Source: a virus (lineage: Duplodnaviria; Caudoviricetes). From it: a DNA stretch of 64,000 bases. Below, in pieces: positions 1 to 8,923 of the stretch. The notes beneath the pieces were generated by a model. That model saw only the letters and a list, made by a program, of their open reading frames with translations, ran no database searches and was not told the DNA's origin. The position numbers and the translations under genes were made by a program. Within the stretch, counting starts at the first letter, position 1. Each line of letters begins with the position of its first letter. The DNA is taken from positions 8 through 64,007 of IMG/VR virus record IMGVR_UViG_3300034104_005580; one strand, given 5' to 3'.

Positions 1-1
1 G

Positions 2-649
2 AGCCTCCGGAACCTCCTCCGGATGGAGCAGCGGGGGCTTCGGCCGATCCCGGTCATCCACGTCGGCTCCGACCCGGAGGAGGTGCGCCGCTACAAGGCT
101 CGCGGGTACGCCTACCAGTGCCTGGGAGGGATGGTGCCCCACCTCACGGCGATGTCCCAGGCCCTTCGGAGGGGCGCTCCCTCCGAGGTGGTGACGTGGG
201 CCCGAGCGTGCCACGAGGTGGCCGCCGAGGAAGGGGTGAAGCTCCACGGCTTCGGGGCGACCAACTTCCAGGTCATGCTCGGCCTTCCCTGGCACTCGGT
301 GGACTCCAGCTCGTGGGCCGCCGGCTTCCGGTTCGGCAACGTCTACGCCTTCGACCCGGTGGCCGGGAAGTGGGTCACGATGGTCCTCCGGGACACCCAG
401 GGGATCATGCGGCAGGCGGCCCTCCTCCGCTTCTACGGAGTGGACCCCCTCTCCCTCGTGAAGGACGGGATGGACTCGCGGGTGGTGATGATCACCGTGG
501 CCGCCCGCTCCTTCCTCGTGGCCCTCCGGTGGCTTCGGGCTCGTGGCCGTCCGGGCTTCCAGCTCTACCTCGCGGACTCGGTGGCCGCTGGAACCGACGC
601 CCGTATCTACTCCCTCGCCCTCTCGCGCTCGCCCGAGTGGGTAGACTGA
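2..649 (+). CDS. dpdA: TGT-fold DNA transglycosylase (DpdA-like), 5'-truncated
   Basis: Frame is open to the window edge; motifs IPVIH, LGGMV, KLHGFG and WHSVDSSSW typical of phage TGT/DpdA; queD nearby. Confidence 0.8.
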   Translation, partial: SLRNLLRMEQRGLRPIPVIHVGSDPEEVRRYKARGYAYQCLGGMVPHLTAMSQALRRGAPSEVVTWARACHEVAAEEGVKLHGFGATNFQVMLGLPWHSVDSSSWAAGFRFGNVYAFDPVAGKWVTMVLRDTQGIMRQAALLRFYGVDPLSLVKDGMDSRVVMITVAARSFLVALRWLRARGRPGFQLYLADSVAAGTDARIYSLALSRSPEWVD

Positions 650-666
650 ACCTCCAGGAGCCTCCC

Positions 667-1539
667 ATGCAGATCGTCACCCTCGCCCTCGCCTCCCTCG
701 TCCCCTTCGCGGAGAACCCCCGCAAGGCGGACTCCGGGGACCACGATGCCCTTCTGGCCTCGATCAAGGCGTTCGGCATCTTCAAGCCCTCCCTGATCTG
801 GCAGGGGACCGACCATCCGGAGGGGGTCACCGGGCCCATCGTGATCGGCGGGAACCAGCGGTATCACACCCTCCGGGCGGCGATGGATGCGGGGCTCTTC
901 AAGGATGGCCCCCTCCAGGTGGAGCTTCGGAGCGGGGCGGTGGTCACCGTGGACCCGGGGGCGATCCCCTGCGTGGCCTTCCCCGGCTCGTGGGCGGAGG
1001 CCAAGGTGGTGGCCCTCCGGGACAACGCCCAGGAGGGGGAGTGGGACTGGGATGCCCTGCCCTCCTACGTGAAGGACCTGGAGGTGGCCTTCCCCGAAGG
1101 CGTGGACCTCACCCTCACCGGCTTCGACGCCCAGACCTTGAAGGACCTGGAGGCCCTGGCCACGGACCCCCTCGTGGGACTCGACCGGATCGGCGGTGGG
1201 ACCGGAGTGCCGGTGGAGGGGGCAGGCACCGAGCCCGCCGCCGGTGGGGGTGGCACCTCCCAGCCCGCCGGTGGGGACAAGGACACCTCCGCCCTCACGC
1301 GCCAGGGGGCCCGGGTGGTGATCGGCAACATCCGGGGGAAGGTGCCCGTGGCGCTCTACGAGCGGCTGGCCACCGTGATCAAGACCTCCTCCGGGCGGCT
1401 CGGCACCACCGACCTCACGCCCATCCTGGAGGACTGGGTGACCACCCTGGAGAAGCACGAGGTGGCGAAGGCCCCGAAGCCGAAGGCCCCGAAGGGTGGC
1501 GAGAAGGGGAAGGACGAGAAGGGTGGGGGTGCCTCGTGA
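667..1539 (+). CDS. ParB/Srx N-terminal domain protein
   Basis: ATG at 667 after AGGAG; motifs LVPFAENPRK, SIKAFG, IIGGNQRY-like IVIGGNQRY, ALRDN..GEWDW. Confidence 0.85.
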   Translation: MQIVTLALASLVPFAENPRKADSGDHDALLASIKAFGIFKPSLIWQGTDHPEGVTGPIVIGGNQRYHTLRAAMDAGLFKDGPLQVELRSGAVVTVDPGAIPCVAFPGSWAEAKVVALRDNAQEGEWDWDALPSYVKDLEVAFPEGVDLTLTGFDAQTLKDLEALATDPLVGLDRIGGGTGVPVEGAGTEPAAGGGGTSQPAGGDKDTSALTRQGARVVIGNIRGKVPVALYERLATVIKTSSGRLGTTDLTPILEDWVTTLEKHEVAKAPKPKAPKGGEKGKDEKGGGAS

Positions 1540-1961
1540 TCGAAGCCACCCGCCGGATCGGCATCGACGCGGGCCACCGGGTGACCCGCCACGAGAGCAA
1601 GTGTCGCCACGTCCACGGTCACCGCTACGAGGTGGAGGTGACCGTGGTGGCCCCGGAGCTGGACAACGCGGGCCGGGTGGTGGACTTCGGCCGCTTGAAG
1701 GAGGTGGTGGGAGGCTGGCTCCTGGAGAAGCTCGATCACGGGTACATCGCGGCCCCGTGGGATGGGGTGGCGGACCACCTGGAGGCCCAGGGCTTGAAGG
1801 TCTACCGGATGCCCCTCACGCAGGAGCCCACCGCCGAGAACATCGCCGCCCACGTCCTGGAGGTGGCCCAGTACCTCCTGGGAGAGCCCTTCACCGTGAC
1901 CCGGGTGCGGGTCTACGAGACGCCCAACTGCTGGGCCGATGCCACTCCAGGGAGGCCATGA
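1536..1961 (+). CDS. queD: 6-carboxytetrahydropterin synthase (QueD/PTPS)
   Basis: Motifs DAGHR, CRHVHGHRY, VVDFG, LDHGY, PTAENIA, VYETPN; GTG overlaps the upstream stop. Confidence 0.95.
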   Translation: MIEATRRIGIDAGHRVTRHESKCRHVHGHRYEVEVTVVAPELDNAGRVVDFGRLKEVVGGWLLEKLDHGYIAAPWDGVADHLEAQGLKVYRMPLTQEPTAENIAAHVLEVAQYLLGEPFTVTRVRVYETPNCWADATPGRP

Positions 1962-2599
1962 TGGGACTCGCTCGCTGGGACCTTCTGGATGCCCTCGCCC
2001 GCCGCCTGGGAGCCCTGCGCTACCTGGAGGTGGGGGTCCAGAACGGGGACTGCTTCGGGAAGGTGAGGGTGGCCGAGAAGGTGGGGGTGGACCCCGTGAA
2101 GGGGACGGCCGCCACGATCAATCTCACGTCGGACGCCTACTTCGCCCAACTCCCGAAGGAGGAGCGGTTCGATCTGGTCTTCGTGGACGGGCTTCACCAC
2201 CGGGATCAGGTCCATCGGGACATCCTGAACGCCTGGGAGCACCTCACTCCCGGCGGTGCCATCGTGGTCCACGATTGCGACCCCCCGAACGAGGCCGCCG
2301 GCTCGCGCGCCCAGTGCGGGGGTATCTGGTGCGGGGACGTGTGGCGCGGGTGGATGGATGCCCGCCGCTCCCTCGCGGGCCGGGCCTACCTGGGGGTGGT
2401 GGCCACGGACCTCGGATGCGGGCTCGTGCTCCCCCTCGGAGAGGGCCGGGTGGAGGTGCCCCCGCCCTGGTCGGTGGAGGAGACCGACCGAGCCACTTGG
2501 GACTTCTTCGCCCACCGGCGGGCCCAGTGGCTGAACACGATCCACCCCGACGCCTTCCACGCCCTCGTGGAGACCCTCGCTCCCCTCCGGAAGGAATAG
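1958..2599 (+). CDS. Class I SAM-dependent methyltransferase (Methyltransf_24-like)
   Basis: Motifs YLEVGV..G, VGVDP, FDLVFVDGLH, GGAIVVHD; GGAGG RBS. Confidence 0.85.
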   Translation: MMGLARWDLLDALARRLGALRYLEVGVQNGDCFGKVRVAEKVGVDPVKGTAATINLTSDAYFAQLPKEERFDLVFVDGLHHRDQVHRDILNAWEHLTPGGAIVVHDCDPPNEAAGSRAQCGGIWCGDVWRGWMDARRSLAGRAYLGVVATDLGCGLVLPLGEGRVEVPPPWSVEETDRATWDFFAHRRAQWLNTIHPDAFHALVETLAPLRKE

Positions 2600-3121
2600 A
2601 TGCACGGCGAGATTCTGGCTTTCCTTCGGTCGGCCCGGGTGGAGTCCAAGCTGCCCCCCCTCGGCTCCCTTCGGGTGGTGGAGCTTGGCTCCATCGTCAT
2701 GCACGGCTCCCCCCGGGAGGTCTTCACCGGGGCGGCATCCTACGTGGGCGTGGACTGGAGGGCTGGCCCAGGGGTGGACGTGGTGGCCCTGGCCCACGAG
2801 GCCCCCGTGGAGGAGGCCGACGTGGTCGTGTGCTGTCAGATGTTGGAGCACGATCCCCACTGGGAGAAGACCGTGGCGAAGGCGTGCTCCCTCCTCCGGC
2901 GAGGTGGGTGGCTCTTCGCGACGTGGGCGGGCCCCGGGTACAACCCCCACGAGCTGGAGACCGCTCCTCCGTGGGAGGGGGCGGGCCCCTACTATCGGAA
3001 CCTCTCGGTGGAGGAGGTGGCCGAGGTGGTGCGGAGGTGGGCTCCTCCGGGGACCGAGGTGGTGACCCGCTACGGCCGTGGCACCCTCGACGCCCTGTTG
3101 TGGGCGAGGCTCCCAGCGTGA
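2600..3121 (+). CDS. Class I SAM-dependent methyltransferase
   Basis: Motifs VVELGS, YVGVD..GPGVD, DVVVCCQMLEHD, LRRGG; abuts the previous gene. Confidence 0.8.
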   Translation: MHGEILAFLRSARVESKLPPLGSLRVVELGSIVMHGSPREVFTGAASYVGVDWRAGPGVDVVALAHEAPVEEADVVVCCQMLEHDPHWEKTVAKACSLLRRGGWLFATWAGPGYNPHELETAPPWEGAGPYYRNLSVEEVAEVVRRWAPPGTEVVTRYGRGTLDALLWARLPA

Positions 3122-3409
3122 GCCCCGCCCTGGAAGTCCCCCTCACCGAGGTCCAGGAGGGCGAGTGCGGGGAGATGGGGTGGGTGGAAGCCGAGGGTGA
3201 CGGCATCCTCTCCGTGGAGCCTGCCCACGAGGTGGGGGCCCTGGACTCTGGAGCCCCCCTCGCCCACGGGGTCCGCTTCTCCATCGCCAGGGAGGGGAAG
3301 GTGCCTCCACCTCTGCCTCTCCCACGCGGAGGCCCGGCGGCTCTCCGAGCACGTCGAGGCCCTATGTGGACCCGAGTGGAAGAAAGTGGCGGAAAGTTAG
3401 AAAGCCGCC

Positions 3410-3462
3410 GCGCCAGCTTTCTCACGCCCGGGTAATGTATGGGGGTGAGCAAGGAACCCACC
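3410..3462 (+). promoter_or_regulatory. Promoter-leader cassette 1
   Basis: GCGCCA-N17-TAATGT followed by GAGCAAGGAA before ATG 3463. Confidence 0.7.
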
Positions 3463-4032
3463 ATGACGACCACCGAGACCCTCCGCACCGCCTACGCCGC
3501 CGAGCGCACCACCGTCCTCACCCGTGGCTGGTCGGCCTCCTCGTTCCGGACCCTCGTGGACGCCCTCGTCTCCGAGAAGACCCCGGAGGGCTACGTGGTG
3601 GCCGCCAAGGCCGCGACCCAGGTGCTCGCCGACGTGGCCCGCACCGGCGACCTCCCGGAGGCCCTGGAGGGCACCGTGAAGCTGGTGGCCTTCGACCTCT
3701 TCTGCCGGGCATGGAACAAGGATGCCGTCAAGCGGTACTCCGAGGCCAACAAGCGCCACTCCACGATCTACCTCCCCGCCGGGTCGGACCTCTCGGCCGT
3801 CCTCTCCGCCGCCCGCACCGCTGGTTGCCGGGTGGGAGCCTCGGACACCGGGACCTACGAAGTCCAGGGCGACCGTGGGATCTGGAAGCACTACCGCTCC
3901 ATGCGGATCGACGCCTCGGACATCGGCACCGACCGGGTGATCTTCCTCTCCTGGGAAGAGATGGAGAAGATCGAGCTGGCTGGCGGCGAGCCTTTCTCCG
4001 AGGTCACCGAGCCGGTGGCCCTGGCGGCCTGA
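3463..4032 (+). CDS. Hypothetical protein under its own promoter
   Basis: Clean ORF with genome-typical codons, starting after the conserved leader. Confidence 0.75.
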   Translation: MTTTETLRTAYAAERTTVLTRGWSASSFRTLVDALVSEKTPEGYVVAAKAATQVLADVARTGDLPEALEGTVKLVAFDLFCRAWNKDAVKRYSEANKRHSTIYLPAGSDLSAVLSAARTAGCRVGASDTGTYEVQGDRGIWKHYRSMRIDASDIGTDRVIFLSWEEMEKIELAGGEPFSEVTEPVALAA

Positions 4033-4089
4033 TCCTCTCCCCCTTCACCGAGGGCACCTCCAGGGGTAGCCCTCTCCAGGAGCTTCCCG

Positions 4090-4230
4090 ATGCTGGACAA
4101 CCTCGTCACCCTCTCCCAGGCCCCCGTGGACTGGAGCCCCTCGGCTGGACCGATCTGGCTCGTGGCCTTCTTCCTCGTGGTGGTGGTCACCGTGGGTGCC
4201 GTCGCCGTGGTGGAGGCCGCTCGTGGGTGA
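4090..4230 (+). CDS. Small single-TM membrane protein
   Basis: AGGAG RBS; MLDNLV...IWLVAFFLVVVVTVGAVAVV; 46 aa. Confidence 0.5.
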   Translation: MLDNLVTLSQAPVDWSPSAGPIWLVAFFLVVVVTVGAVAVVEAARG

Positions 4231-4891
4231 CGTGCCTCTCCCCGACCTCCTGGCGATGCGAGCCCAGGCCGAGGAGCTGGCGGCTTCCCCGTCGGCCCCC
4301 GTGCAGGTGAACGATGACCCCCTCCAGAAGCCTGGAGTGGACGAGCACCTCCAGCGGGTGGAGGTGGGTGGTCCGAAGAGCGGGCAGGACGTGAGGCTGG
4401 CCCTCTCGGTCCAGGTGCTGGAGGCCCTTCTGGCCGTGGCCCGTCGGTCGAGCACCACCCGGGCGGTGATCTTCGGGGCGGGCTTTCGGCTCACCACCTT
4501 CGACTGCCGGGGCCACCGCTACCAGACCATGACCATCCTCGGTCGGCGGCCCGTTCCGGAGGCCCTCGCCCTGGTCGGGCTCTACCAGGAGGAGCCCGGA
4601 GACGACATCTTCCAGGAGACCCAGGTGGCCCCTCCTGGCTTCGACCCTGGCCAGAAGGTAGGGGATCGGGTGCTCGGCGGGCCCTCCACGGACCTCCGGC
4701 TCTTCCTCTCGGTCTCCCTCCTGGAGCACCTTCTGGATCGAGCCCGGGTCTCCAGGACTCGACGGGCCGTGATCCACGGGGCCGGGCTCGTGCTCGACAC
4801 CTATCGGACCCCAGCAGGGGCCATCTACCAGATCGTGACCGTGGCCGGGCGCACCCCGGTCCCAGAAGACCCCGCCATCCTCGGAGCTTGA
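4196..4891 (+). CDS. Hypothetical protein with a tandem duplicated domain (start uncertain)
   Basis: Two related ~65-aa halves (RLALSV..RAVIFGAG..GRRPVPE and RLFLSV..RAVIHGAG..GRTPVPE). Confidence 0.7.
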   Translation: MPSPWWRPLVGDVPLPDLLAMRAQAEELAASPSAPVQVNDDPLQKPGVDEHLQRVEVGGPKSGQDVRLALSVQVLEALLAVARRSSTTRAVIFGAGFRLTTFDCRGHRYQTMTILGRRPVPEALALVGLYQEEPGDDIFQETQVAPPGFDPGQKVGDRVLGGPSTDLRLFLSVSLLEHLLDRARVSRTRRAVIHGAGLVLDTYRTPAGAIYQIVTVAGRTPVPEDPAILGA

Positions 4892-4892
4892 A

Positions 4893-5339
4893 GTGGAACC
4901 CACCTCCCCGTCCTTCGTCCTGAACCTCTCGGACTTCACCACCCGCTTCAAGCCCGAGCCCGGGGCCTTCTTCGTGGTCTCGTGCCCGGTGGGGCTCAAC
5001 CCCGAAGAGGTGGAGGCCGCCGCTCGTGGCCTGGACTCGATCCTCACGATGACCGGGGCCGCCGCCATCTTCCTCCTCGACGGGATGAAGATGGAGGCCC
5101 TCGTGGACGAGGGGCTCTCCTGGCTCGCCCGCGAGGGATGCGCCCTCCGGGGCTACCCGGTGCCCGGCTCCCAGGGAGAGACCCGCTACAAGGTCCTGCA
5201 CCCGAAGCTCGGCCAGCTTGCCGACGAGCCCCACTGGCAGGCCGCCCTCCGGGTGGCCCGGGACGCCCTCGGCCCCCAGGAGGTGCCTCCCCCGCCCCTC
5301 CTGGATGACTCCCCTCTCGGTCGCGCTCCGGGGCAGTAG
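4893..5339 (+). CDS. Hypothetical protein
   Basis: ORF contiguous with its neighbours. Confidence 0.6.
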   Translation: MEPTSPSFVLNLSDFTTRFKPEPGAFFVVSCPVGLNPEEVEAAARGLDSILTMTGAAAIFLLDGMKMEALVDEGLSWLAREGCALRGYPVPGSQGETRYKVLHPKLGQLADEPHWQAALRVARDALGPQEVPPPPLLDDSPLGRAPGQ

Positions 5340-5363
5340 CTCCCCCGCCCTCCCCTCCGAGCT

Positions 5364-5396
5364 GGCCCCGCCCTTCCCCAGGGTGGGGCCTTCTTC
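5364..5396 (+). terminator. Putative intrinsic terminator
   Basis: GGCCCCGCCCT-TCCCC-AGGGTGGGGCC followed by TTCTTC. Confidence 0.55.
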
Positions 5397-5434
5397 GTTG
5401 GACGGATGGCCCTGGGATGGGTTAGCCTTGAATA

Positions 5435-6097
5435 GTGACCAAGCCGACTCACCGTGAAACCTGCCGGGCCATCGCCTCCCAGCTTCTCCGTGAGCCGTGG
5501 GCCGATGCCGTGTGCTGGGAGGTCGGAGTGGGTGGCCACCAGCTCGACGTGATCGGGGTGACCGCCACCTCCTCGGCGGAGAAGGAGGCCGCCCGGTGGG
5601 CCGCCTGGGAGAGCCGTGCTCGGTGGGCCACCTCCAGGGGGAGGGAGGCACCGGAGAAGCCCTCGCGGGTGGTCCCACGGGTGGGGGTGGTGGAGGTGAA
5701 GGTGAACCGCTCCGACCTCCAGGCCGGGCTTCGGAGGGGGCAGCTCGTGGAGTACGCCTCGGACCCGAAGGTCCAGGGCACCCACTTCTCCCTGGCCCTC
5801 TGGGAGGAGGTGCTGGTCCGGGCTCCAGGTGCCGCCGGGTGGTGGCGCTCCCAGGACCAGGAGGCCGCCCTGGAGGACCTCGGCCGGATGGGGGTCCCGG
5901 TCGGGTGGGGGATCATCCGGGTCCACCGATCCATGGGCCGGGACGGCACGCTCTACCTGGAGACCCTTCGGAGGCCCACGAGGCTCCGCCCTCCCCCTGA
6001 CCTCGGCCACCGGCTCTCCCTCGTGGAGACGATGGCTCGCTCCCTGGCTTACCGAGTCCTCTCCCCCACGAGCCCCGAGCAGGAGCGCACCCCGTGA
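5435..6097 (+). CDS. PD-(D/E)XK nuclease-like protein (MmcB-like)
   Basis: Pattern WEV...LDVIGV...VVEVKVNRSDL. Confidence 0.55.
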   Translation: MTKPTHRETCRAIASQLLREPWADAVCWEVGVGGHQLDVIGVTATSSAEKEAARWAAWESRARWATSRGREAPEKPSRVVPRVGVVEVKVNRSDLQAGLRRGQLVEYASDPKVQGTHFSLALWEEVLVRAPGAAGWWRSQDQEAALEDLGRMGVPVGWGIIRVHRSMGRDGTLYLETLRRPTRLRPPPDLGHRLSLVETMARSLAYRVLSPTSPEQERTP

Positions 6098-7800
6098 ACG
6101 ATCTGGACCTCGCGGCGGAGAAGGTGGCCCAGGGGTGGGCGACCATCGGAGAGGACTACCCCCTGATCGGGCAGGCCGTGAGGCTACACCGGAACACCCG
6201 ACGGGGGCCGATGTCCTTCCTGGCGAACCCGTCGCTGGTGGAGATGTATGCGGACTTCCCCAGGATCGACGGGGCGGACGTGTGTAAGGCCGTCCAGACC
6301 GGGGTGAGCGAGCTGGTGATCCAGCTTCACCTGGAGGCCGCCGGGTGGAGGGGGAGGATCGCCGCCCTCGTGCTCCCCACCTACGGCCTTCGGGACCGCT
6401 TCGTCCAGCGGCGGATCGATCCCCTCTTCCTGGCCGTGCCCGAGTACCGGGAGAAGGCCGGGGGCACCTTCTCGGTGGCACGCGATAAAGCGAGGAAAGG
6501 AGCGGGGAACCTAAAGCTAAAGGACTTCGGGGACGGGGCTCTCCTCTTCCTCGGCTCCAACGCGGACGGAGACTTCCTGGAGTTCTCGGCGGACCTCCTC
6601 ACGATTGACGAATACGATGGCTGCGTGCCCGCCAACGTGGCGAAGGCCCGAGACCGCCTCCGCAACTCGCCATACCCCCAGCTCTTCCGGATCGGGAACC
6701 CGGAGGAGGGGAAGGTGGACGGGATCGCGGCGGCCTTTGAAGAGGGGGACCGCCGCCTCTTCCACTGGCGGTGCGGAGGGTGCGGCGAGCGCCAGCCCAT
6801 CGACTGGTGGGCCAACGTGGTCCACCGGCTGGGGGACGGCACCTGGGAGCCGAGGGACGTGGCTCGCTATCGTGGCCTCCTCCAGAACCCCCGGGGCCCG
6901 GACATCCGGCCGGTCTGCCGGAAGTGCTCGTGCCCCTTCAATCGCGATCCCCGTGGCTCCTCGTGGGTGGCCGAGCGCCCTGGTCGCCGCCGCTCCTACC
7001 GGATGACCCGCCTGGACGTGATCACGGATCGGCTCTGGGACCTCTTCGTCCTGGAGTGGCTTCCGGCCCAGGGGAAGAGGGTGAAGCTCGCCACCTTCTA
7101 CCGCTCCGTGCTCGGCCTCTCCTACCAGGACGCCGGAGCCCAGCTCACGATGGAGCACCTGGAGGCGTGCGCCACGGGCCCGGATATGGACCTGATCGGT
7201 GGGGACGCCTATCGCTCGGAGCTGGTGGTGGCGGGCATCGACGTGGGCTCCGTCCTGAACGTGGTGATCGACGCCATCCACCTGGACGAGAAGGGGGCGA
7301 GCTACCGGCGCTCCCTCCTGATCACGGCGGTCCCTTCTTTTGAGGCGGTGCGGGACCTCCTGAACCGCTACCACGTCCAGGTGGCCGTGATCGACGCCCG
7401 CCCGGAGACCCGAAAGGCGCAGGAGCTGCGTGACTGGGCCCTCTACGAGCAGGGGCACACTTTCGTCTGGCTATGCCAGTTCTTCCCCACCGACCGGGTG
7501 GGCTCGGAGGACTACGGGCGGCGGCTCGACTACACCGATCACGTCGTCACCGTGGACCGGACCCAGCTCCTGGACGCCACCTTCGATGAAGTGGTCGGCA
7601 GGGCGAGGGTGCTTCCCAGGGATGGCCTCTCGGTCTCGGACTTCGTGGACCAGATGAAGGCCCCCGCCCGAGTCCTGGACGAGAAGGGCTCCAGGTTTAT
7701 CTGGAGCGAGGGGAGCAAGCCCGACCACTACAGGCTGGCCGACGCCTACGCCCGGGTGGCCGCCGACCTGACCCAGGTGGGGGGTAGCTTCGTGGGGTGA
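6094..7800 (+). CDS. terL: Terminase large subunit (lambda GpA-like)
   Basis: KAVQTGVSE (deviant Walker A), LTIDEYD (Walker B), CxxC Zn pair, GIDVG nuclease motif, C-terminal DHY. Confidence 0.9.
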   Translation: MNDLDLAAEKVAQGWATIGEDYPLIGQAVRLHRNTRRGPMSFLANPSLVEMYADFPRIDGADVCKAVQTGVSELVIQLHLEAAGWRGRIAALVLPTYGLRDRFVQRRIDPLFLAVPEYREKAGGTFSVARDKARKGAGNLKLKDFGDGALLFLGSNADGDFLEFSADLLTIDEYDGCVPANVAKARDRLRNSPYPQLFRIGNPEEGKVDGIAAAFEEGDRRLFHWRCGGCGERQPIDWWANVVHRLGDGTWEPRDVARYRGLLQNPRGPDIRPVCRKCSCPFNRDPRGSSWVAERPGRRRSYRMTRLDVITDRLWDLFVLEWLPAQGKRVKLATFYRSVLGLSYQDAGAQLTMEHLEACATGPDMDLIGGDAYRSELVVAGIDVGSVLNVVIDAIHLDEKGASYRRSLLITAVPSFEAVRDLLNRYHVQVAVIDARPETRKAQELRDWALYEQGHTFVWLCQFFPTDRVGSEDYGRRLDYTDHVVTVDRTQLLDATFDEVVGRARVLPRDGLSVSDFVDQMKAPARVLDEKGSRFIWSEGSKPDHYRLADAYARVAADLTQVGGSFVG

Positions 7801-7859
7801 GCCGTGGGGGCTTGCCGGTTCACCGTTCCAGGGGTACCTCTGGAGAAAGGAGCCACGTC

Positions 7860-8477
7860 ATGCTGACCCTAATCTTCATCGCCGCCGCCACCGCTGGGAT
7901 CGGGACCACCTCGTGGGAGGAGGGCTCTGCCGACTACCCGGACGAGAGCTACACCCCCGCCGAGGTGGAGAGCTGGAGCGTGGAAGCCGACCTCCCGGAG
8001 TCCTTCATCTTCGGAAGCTGGACCGCCGAGTGGGAGGGGGACACCCTCTACTTCGCCGGGATGGAGGATGGCTCGGTCTGCCTCGTGGAGGATGGCCCCC
8101 AGGTGGTGAGCCCGATCACCTCCGGCGGGCCCCTGGTCGGCTGGGGATGGGGTGCCGCCTACGATGGAGGGGAGGAGCCCCTGGCCATCCACTCCCTCAC
8201 CGTGACCGGCCCTCTCACCGGGGACGAGAGCTTCACCTGGACCCCCGCCTCCGGGTGGGGGGATGGCGATGGGCCCGCCCCAGAGGTGCCTCCTCTCGGT
8301 GCCCCCTGGTCGCTCGCCGTCTTCTCCTCCGAGGGGGAGGGCGTCACCCTCTCGGCGGATCGACTCACCTGGGAGGTGGGGCCCGACGGGCTCTCCTACC
8401 TCCGGATGGACGTGGGGGGCTTCGGCTTCCCCCTCGGCTCCACCACCACCGTCACCCTCTCCTGGCTCTCGGAGTGA
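7860..8477 (+). CDS. Secreted acidic hypothetical protein
   Basis: AAGGAG RBS; signal peptide MLTLIFIAAATA; TTGCCG-N17-TACCTC upstream at 7812. Confidence 0.7.
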   Translation: MLTLIFIAAATAGIGTTSWEEGSADYPDESYTPAEVESWSVEADLPESFIFGSWTAEWEGDTLYFAGMEDGSVCLVEDGPQVVSPITSGGPLVGWGWGAAYDGGEEPLAIHSLTVTGPLTGDESFTWTPASGWGDGDGPAPEVPPLGAPWSLAVFSSEGEGVTLSADRLTWEVGPDGLSYLRMDVGGFGFPLGSTTTVTLSWLSE

Positions 8478-8479
8478 TC

Positions 8480-8923
8480 ATGCTCACCTTCTTCCTCCTC
8501 CTCGCTTGCACCGACCACGGCCCCACGATCCAGGGTGGAGAGGTCCTCTCCGGGCTCGACTCGGAGGACCCCACGGACACCTCCTCCACCTCGGAGGATA
8601 CCGCCCCGGATACCGACACCTCGGTCCCAGATCGCCTCCTCCAGGTGGGAGCCGAGAGCTTCCGGTGCTCGCCTGGGGAGTACCTGGACACGAACCTCAC
8701 GATCCCCACGGAGGCCGTGGTCCAGAGCTTCCTCCTCCTGGAGGATGGCTCCGGTGGCTTCTTCTGGCTCGTGGCCTCGGACGGGGTGGTGCTCTGGGAT
8801 GGGGGCGGAGGGGCCGACCTCTCGTGCTCGTGGAGCCCGGGACCCGCCGGGGTGGACCTCTTCTGGCCCGGGTATGCGGATCAGGTGGTGGCCGTCCGGG
8901 TGGCGTGGGCCGCCTGGGAGTGA
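8480..8923 (+). CDS. Putative lipoprotein with D/T/S-rich linker
   Basis: MLTFFLLLAC lipobox followed by EDPTDTSSTSEDTAPDTDTS. Confidence 0.7.
   Translation: MLTFFLLLACTDHGPTIQGGEVLSGLDSEDPTDTSSTSEDTAPDTDTSVPDRLLQVGAESFRCSPGEYLDTNLTIPTEAVVQSFLLLEDGSGGFFWLVASDGVVLWDGGGGADLSCSWSPGPAGVDLFWPGYADQVVAVRVAWAAWE

Noticed and set aside
118-666. Long N-terminal extensions in the ORF track (118, 990, 1496, 7913, 38209, 43231, 46037 etc.)
   Set aside because: They overlap real upstream genes; downstream starts with RBS or stop-start coupling fit better
3118-3435. Possible small gene after the second MTase (3118-3435 or 3197-3400)
   Set aside because: Two competing frames, neither convincing; one overlaps the promoter cassette
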